DNA from: an uncultured Gemmatimonadales bacterium
GTDB taxonomy: Bacteria; Gemmatimonadota; Gemmatimonadetes; Gemmatimonadales; GWC2-71-9
DNA length: 64,000 nt
Assembly: GCA_963779755.1 (NCBI GenBank)
Contig: CAVZZO010000003.1
Coordinates: 608,001 to 672,000 of the forward strand
Direction: 5' to 3'
This document shows, one piece after another, positions 1 through 8,583 of the stretch (positions are counted from its first letter, which is position 1; each line of letters begins with the position of its first letter). The translations under genes and the position numbers were made by a program. The notes beneath the pieces were generated by a model. That model worked only from the letters and a program-made list of their open reading frames with translations. It searched no databases and was not told the DNA's origin.

Positions 1-1351
1 CGCATCCCTGGCCGAAGTGCCCGTAGAGGGAGACCTCCCAGTCGTACTCGTGGAACAGCCCCCGCAGGTCGCGCAGGTAATCGCCCAGGCGCTCGGGCGG
101 GACGGCGGAATCCTCCCAGCCGGGCCAGGTATCGTGCTTGCCCGGCACCCACGCGGTGGCGCCGAGCCCGGACTCGCGGATGGCCCAGACCTTTTCCTCC
201 TCTTCCCGGTCTTCGAACAGCTTGGCGCTGGGGCCGCCGGGACCGCTCACGGCGTCGATCATGCGCCGGGCATGGCTGTCGGCTTCCTCCTCGCTCTCGC
301 CGCCGAACTCGGCCAGCAGCCAGCCGTGGCCCTCCGGCAGGAGCGAGATATCGCTGACATTGACGCCCTTCTTTTCCATGTAGCCGATCAGTGCGGCATC
401 GATGCCCTCGAGCCCGATGGGCCCGAATTCCATGATCCGGCAGGCGGCATCGCCGGCGGCCGCGATATCGGGATACCCCAGCACCACCAGGGTGCGGCAG
501 GGGGGACTGGGAACCAGGCGGACCTCGGCCTCCAGCACGGTGACGCAGGTACTCTCGCTGCCGACCAGCGCCCGGGCCACGTGGAAGCCGTTCTCCGGCA
601 GCAGCTGGTCCAGGTTATAGCCCGAGACCCGGCGCGGGATGTCGGGGTACCGCTCCCGGATGAGCGGGGCATAGCGGTCGCGCAGGGCCCGCAGGCCGGC
701 GTAGATCTGGCCGCGCCGGCCGCCCCCGGCGATGATCCGCTCCAGCTCCTCCTCGCCGGTCGGGCCCACCCACATGCGCAGTCCGTCGTAGGTCAGGATC
801 TCCAGGCTCTCGACGTTGTCCACCGTCTTGCCGGCCATGACCGAGTGCACGCCGCAGGAGTTGTTGCCGATCATGCCGCCGAGGGTGCAGTGGTTGTGGG
901 TGGCCGGGTCGGGGCCGAACGTGAGATGATGCCGTTCGGCCTCGTGGCGCAGATGGTCGAGCACCACCCCGGGCTGGATGCGCGCAGTGCGCCCGCCGGG
1001 ATCGATGCCGAGGATGCGGTTCATGTATTTCGAGTAGTCCAGCAACAGCGCATGATTGCAGCACTGGCCGGCCAGGCTGGTGCCGCCGCCGCGGTTGAGC
1101 AGAGGAACGCCGGCCTGCCGCGCCGCCGCCACCGCGATCTCCACGTCCGCGGCATCGCGCGGAAGTACCACCCCGACCGGCGGCTGGCGGTAGTTGGAGG
1201 CATCCGTCGCGTACAGGGCCCGGCTTCCGGCATCGAAGCGCACTTCGCCCCGGACCCTCCGGGCCAGCTCGTTGGCCAGTTCCAGCACGTCCAGCCGTTG
1301 GGTGCGCGGCTCCCGCCGCACACGGGTGGGTTCCGTCAATACCGTCGCCAT
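1..1351 (-). CDS. FAD-linked oxidoreductase (D-lactate/glycolate dehydrogenase-like, YdiJ type); 5' part only, runs off the window
   Basis: Not in the ORF track because no stop lies in the window. Manual translation from ATG 1351 gives MATVLTEPTR...VRGEVRFDAGSRALYATDASNYRQPPVGVVLPRD...RGGGTSLAGQ...GPDPATHNHCTLGGMIGNNSCG, typical FAD_binding_4 motifs. Confidence 0.88.
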   Translation of the reverse strand, partial: MATVLTEPTRVRREPRTQRLDVLELANELARRVRGEVRFDAGSRALYATDASNYRQPPVGVVLPRDAADVEIAVAAARQAGVPLLNRGGGTSLAGQCCNHALLLDYSKYMNRILGIDPGGRTARIQPGVVLDHLRHEAERHHLTFGPDPATHNHCTLGGMIGNNSCGVHSVMAGKTVDNVESLEILTYDGLRMWVGPTGEEELERIIAGGGRRGQIYAGLRALRDRYAPLIRERYPDIPRRVSGYNLDQLLPENGFHVARALVGSESTCVTVLEAEVRLVPSPPCRTLVVLGYPDIAAAGDAACRIMEFGPIGLEGIDAALIGYMEKKGVNVSDISLLPEGHGWLLAEFGGESEEEADSHARRMIDAVSGPGGPSAKLFEDREEEEKVWAIRESGLGATAWVPGKHDTWPGWEDSAVPPERLGDYLRDLRGLFHEYDWEVSLYGHFGQGC

Positions 1352-1409
1352 ACGCTGTCTCTGTCCCGGGCGGCGGCCGCACGGTCGCCGCCCACCCTGA
1401 TGATTGATC

Positions 1410-2519
1410 TCAGACCGCGAAGCGTTCCGCGTCCGATGCCTTGAATTCGAGCCCGAGCCCCGGGCGCGCGCTGTCCGGGCGCAGGGCACCGTCTACCGGC
1501 TCCACCACGCCGTCGAACAGCATGCGCTCGATCCGGACGTGATCGTAGAACCATTCCATGTGCCGCACCGGGAGCGCCGCGCAGCAGGCGGCGAGGTGCA
1601 GTGCCGGCGCCGTATGCGAGCTCAGGGCCATACCGTGGGCGAGGCAGAGCGCCGCAACCTGCAGAAAGCCGGTGATGCCGCCGCAGCGCGTCGCGTCCGC
1701 CTGCAGCACGTCCACCGCCTGCGCCTCAAGCATGCGGCGGAAATACCAGGTGTCCCAGCCGTACTCGCCCGCGCTGATCTCCATGCCCGCGGGTGAGCGG
1801 TCGCGCAGCAACCGCAGGCCTTCCAGATCGTCGGAGCTGACCGGCTCCTCGAACCAGCTCACGTCCTGCGCGGCAAACTCCTCGGCCAGGCGGAGGGCCT
1901 GCTGCCGGCTGCAGGCGCCGTTGGCGTCCACGAACAGGCCGGTGCCCGAGCCGATGGCGTCACGCGCCAGGGACACGCGGTGGCCGTCGCGCTCCGGCTC
2001 CCGGCCGACTTTCATCTTGACCCAGGACAGTCCCATGGCCGCCCAGTCACCCAGCTGCTCGGCCAATCGCCGGTCGGAGTAGGAGGTGAAGCCTCCGCTG
2101 CCATAGACCGGCACGGTGGACCGGGCCTCGCCCAGGAGGGTGGCCAGCGGGACGTCGAGCAGACGGCCTTTGAGGTCCCACAAGGCGGCATCGACGGCGC
2201 TCACCGCCATCATGCCGAGGCCGGGCCGGCCCTTGTTCCGCAGCGCGTGCACCATGGCAAACCAGAGGGCAGGAATGCGGCTGGCGTCCCGGCCTTTCAG
2301 TACATCGGCCAGGGTGTCGCGGATCAGCACGGCGGCGGCCCGGTCGGCATAGGAGTAGCCCAGGCCGCGCTGTCCGCCGGCTTCGATCTCCACCAGCACC
2401 AGCCCGGTGGAGGACCACTCCAGCGTCCCATCTGATTCGGGGCCGTCGGTCGGCACTTCGTACGCGGAGACGGTGATGGTGTCGACCGGTACATCCAGGC
2501 GCTCGGTGAGGGTGCGCAC
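1410..2519 (-). CDS. Mandelate racemase/muconate lactonizing enzyme family (enolase superfamily)
   Basis: SAVDAALWDLKG, VYGSGGFTSY, KMKVG, VDANG, WFEEPV, SAGEYG and PGLGLE motifs. Confidence 0.9.
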   Translation of the reverse strand: MRTLTERLDVPVDTITVSAYEVPTDGPESDGTLEWSSTGLVLVEIEAGGQRGLGYSYADRAAAVLIRDTLADVLKGRDASRIPALWFAMVHALRNKGRPGLGMMAVSAVDAALWDLKGRLLDVPLATLLGEARSTVPVYGSGGFTSYSDRRLAEQLGDWAAMGLSWVKMKVGREPERDGHRVSLARDAIGSGTGLFVDANGACSRQQALRLAEEFAAQDVSWFEEPVSSDDLEGLRLLRDRSPAGMEISAGEYGWDTWYFRRMLEAQAVDVLQADATRCGGITGFLQVAALCLAHGMALSSHTAPALHLAACCAALPVRHMEWFYDHVRIERMLFDGVVEPVDGALRPDSARPGLGLEFKASDAERFAV

Positions 2520-2539
2520 GCCCGCTCCGTTCCGCCCGC

Positions 2540-2983
2540 TCAGTGGGGGCCGCCCCGGGTGGGGTGGGCCGGCCGGGATACGGCTCGAATCACCTCCGCG
2601 GAGAGCCTGACGTCGTCGTCGTCCACCGCGAGGTCGGCGAGCGAAACGATCCCCGTCAGCTCCCGCCGGCGGTTGAGCACCGGGAGCCGCCGGATCTGCT
2701 CCTGTTCCATGAGGGCCGCCGCATCGCGGACGTCCTGGTCTTCATAGCAGAACACCACCCGCGGGGTCATGGCCTGCGCCACGGTTGTCTGCCCCGCATC
2801 CCGGCCTTCGGCGGTGGCGCGGGTGACGATGTCGCGATCGGTGAGCATCCCCACCAGAACCCGCCCGTCGCAGACGGGGAGACTCCCGACCCCCAGCTCG
2901 CGCATGGTTCGCGCGGCCTCCGCCAGCGGGGTCCCGGGATCGATTACCTGGACATCACGGGTCATCAGATCGCGCAGCAGCAT
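2540..2983 (-). CDS. CBS domain-containing protein
   Basis: Tandem CBS motifs (GSLPV..GMLTDRDIV; IRRLPV..GIVSLADL). ATG 2983 chosen because it avoids overlap with the upstream gene. Confidence 0.88.
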   Translation of the reverse strand: MLLRDLMTRDVQVIDPGTPLAEAARTMRELGVGSLPVCDGRVLVGMLTDRDIVTRATAEGRDAGQTTVAQAMTPRVVFCYEDQDVRDAAALMEQEQIRRLPVLNRRRELTGIVSLADLAVDDDDVRLSAEVIRAVSRPAHPTRGGPH

Positions 2984-3011
2984 CGCCCCGGCCTCGTGGA
3001 AGAGTACGACC

Positions 3012-4760
3012 TCAGACCAGCTCACGGACCTTATCGCTCGCGATGGTGGTCGCGATCTTCATCCGGTCGGGCTCGCCCCGGGCCAGCGCCTTGGCGAAGT
3101 GCAACGCCTGCCTGGCGCTGATCTCGGCCGGCAGCGGCGGCTCGAAGGGATCGACCACGGCCTCGATCACGACCGGTCCCTCCGTATTCAGGGCCTGCTC
3201 CAGCACCGCGCCGCATTCCTTCGGATCTTCGATGTGGAACCCGGTGCCGCCGCAGGCGCGGGCGAAGGCTGCGAAGTCGATGGGCTCCAGTTCCACGCCA
3301 TACTCGGGGTTGCCCAGGAGCACCATCTGCTCCCACTTGATCTGCCCCAGCGTGTTGTTCTTGATGATCACCACCTTGATGGGCAGCTTGTACTTGACCG
3401 CCGTCGCGAATTCCGCCATCAGCATGGAGAAGCCGCCGTCGCCCACGAAGGCCACCACCTGCCGCTCGGGAAAGGCGAGCTGGGCGGCAATGGCGTACGG
3501 CAACCCGTTGGCCATGGTGGCCAGGGTGCCCGACAGGGAGTGCTTCTGGCCCCGCTTGACCGGGATCTGCCGGGCAAACCAGGTGGCGATGGTTCCGCTG
3601 TCACAGGAGACGATCGCATCCGCGCGCAGCCGCTTGCCCAGTTCCCAGGCCACGACCTGCGGCTTCATGGGTGTGTCCTCGCGCGTGCCGCGCTCTTCCA
3701 TCAGCTCCCACCACTTCTTCATGCCCTTCTGCGCGTCTTCCAGGAAGCTGCGATCCTTCTTGTGTTTGAGCCGGGGCACCAGTGCCTGAAGGGTCTGCCG
3801 GCTGTCGCCCACGAGCCCCACCTCGACGGGATAGCGCAGCCCCACCCGGGTGGGATCGACGTCGATCTGCACCCCGCGCGCCTTCCCCGGCTCGGGATAG
3901 AATTCGAGGTAGGGGAAGGACGTCCCCACCAGCAAGATGGTGTCGCAGTTCCTCATGGCCTCCAGACTGGGCTTGGTACCGAGGAGTCCAATCCCCCCCG
4001 TGGTGTAGGGGCTGTCGTCCGGCACGCAGGCCTTGCCCAGCAGGGCTTTCACGATGGGCGCCCCCAGAGCCTCGGCCACCTGTTCCAGCTCGTCGGTGGC
4101 GTCCAGCGCGCCGGCGCCCGCCAGGATGGCCACCTTCTGGCCCGCGTTGAGGATGTCGGCGGCGGCGCTCAGGTCCGGTTCCGGCGGCGTACCGCCATGC
4201 CGGGCAAAGACGTCGTTGGTGTGGTGCTTGAGATTCCGCTTGGAGCGGACTTCCTGCTCCTGCTCCTGGAAGTCGACCGGGAAGCAGATGTGGGCCACGC
4301 CGCGCCGGCTGACCGCGGTGCGGCACGCGATGTTGGCCACGTTCTCGACGTGGGCGGGCCCCATCACCAGCGTGCTGTAGACCGCCACGTCCATGAAGAC
4401 GCGGTCGAGATCCACATCCTGCTGGCTGTGGGTGTCGATCAGATCGTGATAGTGGTGGCCGGTAATAGCCAGGACCGGCTGGGAATCCATTTTGGCGTCG
4501 TACAGGCCGTTGAGCAGGTGGATGCCGCCCGGACCGGAGGTCGCCAGGCAGCAGCCCAGCTTGCCGGTGTACTTGGCGTAGGCGCAGGCCATGAACGCCG
4601 CGGCCTCTTCATGCCGCACCTGCACGAACCGCACCTGGTCCTTGCGGGTCCGTAAGGCCTCCATGATGCCGTTAATGCCGTCTCCGGGAAACCCGAAGAT
4701 CACGTCCACACCCCACTCGTGGATCGTATCGATCAGGATATCGGCCCCTGTCTGCCCCAT
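3012..4760 (-). CDS. Thiamine pyrophosphate-dependent enzyme, pyruvate oxidase/PoxB family
   Basis: FGFPGDGING, VRHEEAAAFMA, TSGPGGIHLLNGLYDAK and the TPP-binding GDGGFSM...NN motif. Confidence 0.9.
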   Translation of the reverse strand: MGQTGADILIDTIHEWGVDVIFGFPGDGINGIMEALRTRKDQVRFVQVRHEEAAAFMACAYAKYTGKLGCCLATSGPGGIHLLNGLYDAKMDSQPVLAITGHHYHDLIDTHSQQDVDLDRVFMDVAVYSTLVMGPAHVENVANIACRTAVSRRGVAHICFPVDFQEQEQEVRSKRNLKHHTNDVFARHGGTPPEPDLSAAADILNAGQKVAILAGAGALDATDELEQVAEALGAPIVKALLGKACVPDDSPYTTGGIGLLGTKPSLEAMRNCDTILLVGTSFPYLEFYPEPGKARGVQIDVDPTRVGLRYPVEVGLVGDSRQTLQALVPRLKHKKDRSFLEDAQKGMKKWWELMEERGTREDTPMKPQVVAWELGKRLRADAIVSCDSGTIATWFARQIPVKRGQKHSLSGTLATMANGLPYAIAAQLAFPERQVVAFVGDGGFSMLMAEFATAVKYKLPIKVVIIKNNTLGQIKWEQMVLLGNPEYGVELEPIDFAAFARACGGTGFHIEDPKECGAVLEQALNTEGPVVIEAVVDPFEPPLPAEISARQALHFAKALARGEPDRMKIATTIASDKVRELV

Positions 4761-4801
4761 GGTCGCTCCTTATGGCTTGCGTCGGCCGCGCCCGGCTCGC
4801 A

Positions 4802-5182
4802 TCACTCCGGGCCGGCGAAGGCGATAGTGCTCAGCAAAGCATTGTCCGCCTGGCGGGAATCGAGGCGGGTGTGCTGGACCACGATCGGCACGTCCGATTC
4901 GATCACGCTGGCGTAATCGGTGGCGCGCGGCACCGGCTCGGGATCCTTCAGGTCGTTGAAGCGCACATGCCGCGTACGCCGCGGCGGCACCACCACTTGA
5001 TACGGGCCGGCGGGATCGCGGTCGCCGAAGTACAGCGTGATCCGCACGTGCGCTTCCTGGTCGGATGCATTCAACAGGCACGCCGTCTCGTGGCTGGTCA
5101 TCTGCGGCTCCGGACCGTTGCTCCAGTCCGGGATATAGCCTTCAGCAATGGCCCAGCGGCGGCGCCCAATCGGTTGCGTCAT
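4802..5182 (-). CDS. Anabaena sensory rhodopsin transducer (ASRT/DUF1362) family protein
   Basis: 126 aa from ATG 5182 with GGGAGG upstream: IGRRRWAIAEGYIP...SHETACLLN...RRTRHVRFNDL...SDVPIVVQHTRLDSRQ matches the family as I recall it. Confidence 0.85.
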   Translation of the reverse strand: MTQPIGRRRWAIAEGYIPDWSNGPEPQMTSHETACLLNASDQEAHVRITLYFGDRDPAGPYQVVVPPRRTRHVRFNDLKDPEPVPRATDYASVIESDVPIVVQHTRLDSRQADNALLSTIAFAGPE

Positions 5183-5312
5183 AACGTATTCCTCCCGGTA
5201 CGCAGGATGTCCCGGCGGCTCACTATCTTGCCGTGCGCTAGCGCACATAGATGCACCAGCGGACGGGCGGAGAAATGACGCGGATGTAAGGAAAAACCAG
5301 CGGCGGGAAGAG

Positions 5313-6008
5313 TCAGCCGGTGCGAGAGCCGGGGCGCCGTTCCACCTTGTCCTGTTGTCCAACCAGGATTCCGGTGGTGTAGCCGAGAAAAAGACCGTGC
5401 CCCAGCACGGCCGGAACGGCATCCAGCGCCCCTGCCAGTGCCGCAGGATCGTCCAGGATACCGAAGTCACAATCGAGGAGATAATTGCCCTGGTCGGTGG
5501 CTACCGGCGTGCCGGACTCCTGTCGCAAGCAGGGACGGCCGCCGAGACCTTCGATGGCGCGCACCGCGGCGGGCCAGCCGAACGGCAGCACCTCGACCGG
5601 CAGCGGCCCGCGCTGCCCCAGCCGTGCGACACACTTCGAGTGGTCCACGATGATCAGGTATTCCCGGCTGGCTGCGGCGACGATCTTCTCCCGGAGCAGG
5701 GCCCCGCCGAGTCCTTTCAGCAGGTCGCCCCGGGCATCCACCTGATCCGCTCCGTCCACCGCAAGATCGAGCACCGGCTCCTGCTCCAGCGTGGTGAGCG
5801 GCAGGCCGACGCCTTCGGCACTGTGCTGGATGGCTCGACTGCTGGGGACGCAGCGCAGGCCATCCAGCTTACCCGCCGCGAAGCGCCGCCCCAGCGCCTG
5901 GACGAAATAGCCGGCTGTGGAACCGCTTCCCAGCCCCAGACACATGCCCGGCTGCACCAGCGAAGCAGCGGCTTCGGCGGCCAGACGTTTTTCGGCGTCG
6001 TGCGGCAC
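5313..6008 (-). CDS. rpiA: Ribose-5-phosphate isomerase A
   Basis: GLGSGST, DGADQVD, KGLGGALLREKIVA and PVEV motifs. GTG start at 6008 with AAGGAG RBS. Confidence 0.93.
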   Translation of the reverse strand: MPHDAEKRLAAEAAASLVQPGMCLGLGSGSTAGYFVQALGRRFAAGKLDGLRCVPSSRAIQHSAEGVGLPLTTLEQEPVLDLAVDGADQVDARGDLLKGLGGALLREKIVAAASREYLIIVDHSKCVARLGQRGPLPVEVLPFGWPAAVRAIEGLGGRPCLRQESGTPVATDQGNYLLDCDFGILDDPAALAGALDAVPAVLGHGLFLGYTTGILVGQQDKVERRPGSRTG

Positions 6009-6159
6009 AGCAAGCTCCTTCTTCGGCGAGCGCGACGGGCAGCACCGCCCGGCGGCGCCTGTGACTCGGGGCACAGTCTCCGCCCCCGGACCCGGCGATG
6101 TTGCCTCGGCCTGCACCATACACCGGTGGTGCGGCCGATCCCAAGCCCGGGAGGGCCCC

Positions 6160-7023
6160 ACGAAAGACAAGCGGCCCCGTGACGCGCAGAAGACGCCGTC
6201 CGGCGGGGGCGACGGCAGCCCCAGGTCGGGGACCCGGCTCACGGCGGCGGAGATCCACGAGAACGTCCGGGTGGCCGCCGAGGAAGAGTTGCGGCGTCCC
6301 GTCTCGGAGCTCGCGTGGTCGGCGGTGGCGGCCGGCCTCACCATCGGGTTCAGCTTTCTGGCGGGCGCCTGGCTGACCACGCTGGTGCCGCCGCCCTGGC
6401 ACCACGCGGTCGCGGCGGCCGCCTACCCGGTGGGATTCATCTTTGTGGTGCTGGCCCGCAACCAGCTCTTTACCGAGAACACGCTGGAACCGGTTATTCC
6501 CCTGCTCAACGACCGGAGCATGGCCAAGCTGCGCCGGGTGCTGCGGCTCTGGGGCATCGTGCTGGCCGGGAATCTGGCGGGAGCGCTGGGGTTCGCCGCG
6601 CTGATCGCGCTCACGCCCATGCTGGGTCCGGAATACCGGCCGGCATTACGCGAGCTCGCCCAGGCCTCGGTGGCGGGCGGCTTCTGGACTGTCGCCTACC
6701 GCGCGATCTTCGCCGGATGGCTGGTGGCGCTGATGGCCTGGCTGGTGGCGTCCACCCGGGAAACGGTCGCCCAGATTCTGCTGGTCTGGCTCACCACCCT
6801 GCCGATCGCGGCCCTGGGCTTCCGGCATTCCATTGCGGGCGCGGTGGAGGCGTTCTACATGGCGTTGTCGGGCGGCAGCGGGTGGGGCGATGTCCTCTGG
6901 CACTTCCTGCTGCCGGCGTTGCTGGGCAACATCGTGGGTGGCGTTACGCTGGTGGCATCGCTCAACTGGGGGCAGGTCAGCATGGCGCGGAACCCCTGGG
7001 CCAGCCGGCGGCGCCGGCGCTGA
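6160..7023 (+). CDS. Formate/nitrite transporter family protein (YfdC-like); start uncertain
   Basis: EELRRP..LAWSAVAAGL, QLFTENTL, HSIAGAVE, LLGNIVGG and several TM helices. Start may be GTG 6061 or ACG 6160. Confidence 0.82.
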   Translation, partial: TKDKRPRDAQKTPSGGGDGSPRSGTRLTAAEIHENVRVAAEEELRRPVSELAWSAVAAGLTIGFSFLAGAWLTTLVPPPWHHAVAAAAYPVGFIFVVLARNQLFTENTLEPVIPLLNDRSMAKLRRVLRLWGIVLAGNLAGALGFAALIALTPMLGPEYRPALRELAQASVAGGFWTVAYRAIFAGWLVALMAWLVASTRETVAQILLVWLTTLPIAALGFRHSIAGAVEAFYMALSGGSGWGDVLWHFLLPALLGNIVGGVTLVASLNWGQVSMARNPWASRRRRR

Positions 7024-7028
7024 CGGGC

Positions 7029-7448
7029 CTAGCGCCAGAGCGCCAGCAGCACTCCCATCAACAACAGATAGACCAGTTGAAAGCCCGCATCGATGAGATA
7101 GACGGCGATGGGGCGCTCGCGGCCGAAGAGATGGGAAGTGAGCCCCGTGGTCGCTACGAAGCCGAGCCAGAGCAGAAACCCCAGCCAGAGGCCGGAGAGG
7201 GCCGTGGTGGCGGCGGTGAGCGAAATCAACACGGCGTAGACCAGCGCCATGACCAGATAGCAGAGAAAGCTCAGGAAGTACGCCCGCGCCGCCGTCTTGC
7301 GCATCCGTTCCAGCTCGTCGGGCGTGTAACCGTGCGCCTCCATCCAGGCCTTCCCCAGGACCAGCGGGGAATACCACAGCGCCCCGATGGCGAAGGTGGC
7401 CACCGCGGCCACCAGGACCGCGAGGTAGTTGATCTCGGCTTGAGGCAT
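7029..7448 (-). CDS. DUF1761 family membrane protein
   Basis: INYLAVLVAAVATFAIGALWYSPLVLGKAWM N-terminus and ..LIDAGFQLV C-terminus; four TM helices. Confidence 0.8.
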   Translation of the reverse strand: MPQAEINYLAVLVAAVATFAIGALWYSPLVLGKAWMEAHGYTPDELERMRKTAARAYFLSFLCYLVMALVYAVLISLTAATTALSGLWLGFLLWLGFVATTGLTSHLFGRERPIAVYLIDAGFQLVYLLLMGVLLALWR

Positions 7449-7496
7449 GGAGGAAAGAGAAGGGAGAAGCGGGAAAAACGAAAGGGGAACCGCCGG

Positions 7497-8432
7497 TCAG
7501 GCCGGCTCGAGATCGCTGATCCGGCCCACATCCACCGTGACCGACCCGTCCGACGGCTCCAGGATATTGGTGAATCGCGCGTTCCAGCGGATCTCGTGCG
7601 GCTTGTAGGAGCTGCGGGCGTGCACCTGCTGCGAGAGGATTTCGTCCAGCCCGGTCAGCAGCACCAGGAACTCCGCGTCGGCGGCGACCAGGTCGTCGGG
7701 CGACATCTCCCAGAGCGGGCTGGAAGCATCGATAGGGTGAACCACCGTCCAGCTGAGCGGAAAGAACACAACCTTGTGCCGCTCGAGTTGGAGCTCGGCG
7801 AACTGCCGGTTGCCGGCCTGGTCGCGCCGGGTAAACAGCACCCGCGCCTGCAGCTCGATGATCTGGGTATTACGCACATTGGCGATACGGAACTCGAACG
7901 CCTTGCCGCCGCGGTAGGGCGCGATCACTGCATGCCGGCTGAAGCGGATCAGCGCCCGCGGCCGCGCGAACCGCGCAAACACCAGGCCGCTCGCCAGAGC
8001 GAAGACCAGCAGCGTGGTGACGCTTTCGGCGGTAACCAGTGCATTCGCCCAGGGCGTCACCGGATGGATGGAGCCGTAGCCGATGGTGGAGAAGGTCTGG
8101 ACGCTGAAGAAAAAGGCCCGGCCGAACCTCCCCAGCTGCACCAGGCCGGGCCCGGCCAGGGCCGCCGGCCCCGACAGGAGATACAGACCGGCGAAGGCGG
8201 CGTTGATCGCCATATAAACCAGCACGATGAGGCCGACGAACGCCCGCCAGGACATCGTGAGCAACGCGTGGTAGATGTTGAGCGATTCCAGCAGGCCCAG
8301 CCCGCGGCGCCGGACGTTGAAGGAGCCCTCATGGTTCAGCAGGCGCTCCCGGCTCCGCCGGGTGACGGCCGGGCCGAACCCCAGGTCCTGGAACTCGGAA
8401 GGGGGAGCGGGCTGGTTGGAAGGAGCGGTCAT
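7497..8432 (-). CDS. Inward-rectifier potassium channel (KirBac type)
   Basis: YHALLTMSW slide helix, FFFSVQTFSTIGYG selectivity filter, FARFARP..IRFS and WTVVHPID..SPL cytoplasmic domain. Confidence 0.9.
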   Translation of the reverse strand: MTAPSNQPAPPSEFQDLGFGPAVTRRSRERLLNHEGSFNVRRRGLGLLESLNIYHALLTMSWRAFVGLIVLVYMAINAAFAGLYLLSGPAALAGPGLVQLGRFGRAFFFSVQTFSTIGYGSIHPVTPWANALVTAESVTTLLVFALASGLVFARFARPRALIRFSRHAVIAPYRGGKAFEFRIANVRNTQIIELQARVLFTRRDQAGNRQFAELQLERHKVVFFPLSWTVVHPIDASSPLWEMSPDDLVAADAEFLVLLTGLDEILSQQVHARSSYKPHEIRWNARFTNILEPSDGSVTVDVGRISDLEPA

Positions 8433-8500
8433 CGGCACGCCGGCTGGAGACCGATCCAGTGTAGGAACAACCGGGGGAAAAGGGAACCGGGGGAGGTGCC

Positions 8501-8566
8501 GTAAGAGGCAAGGGGTAAGGCGAACCCTCACGCCTTACCCCCTATGTTTTGCGTCTTATCCCTTCC
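8501..8566. repeat. Degenerate heptamer tandem/inverted repeat hairpin
   Basis: GTAAGAG GCAAGGG GTAAGGCG, a short loop, then CGCCTTAC CCC and further degenerate pyrimidine-rich heptamers. Confidence 0.55.
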
Positions 8567-8583
8567 GTGGTTCCCCCGGCAGG

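Noticed and set aside
17..1444. 475-aa plus-strand ORF, and similar long ORFs such as 2769-4655, 6315-8504, 15439-17421, 23956-26514 and 57868-60012
   Set aside because: Antisense shadows of well-supported genes. High GC suppresses stop codons and the translations contain no family motifs.
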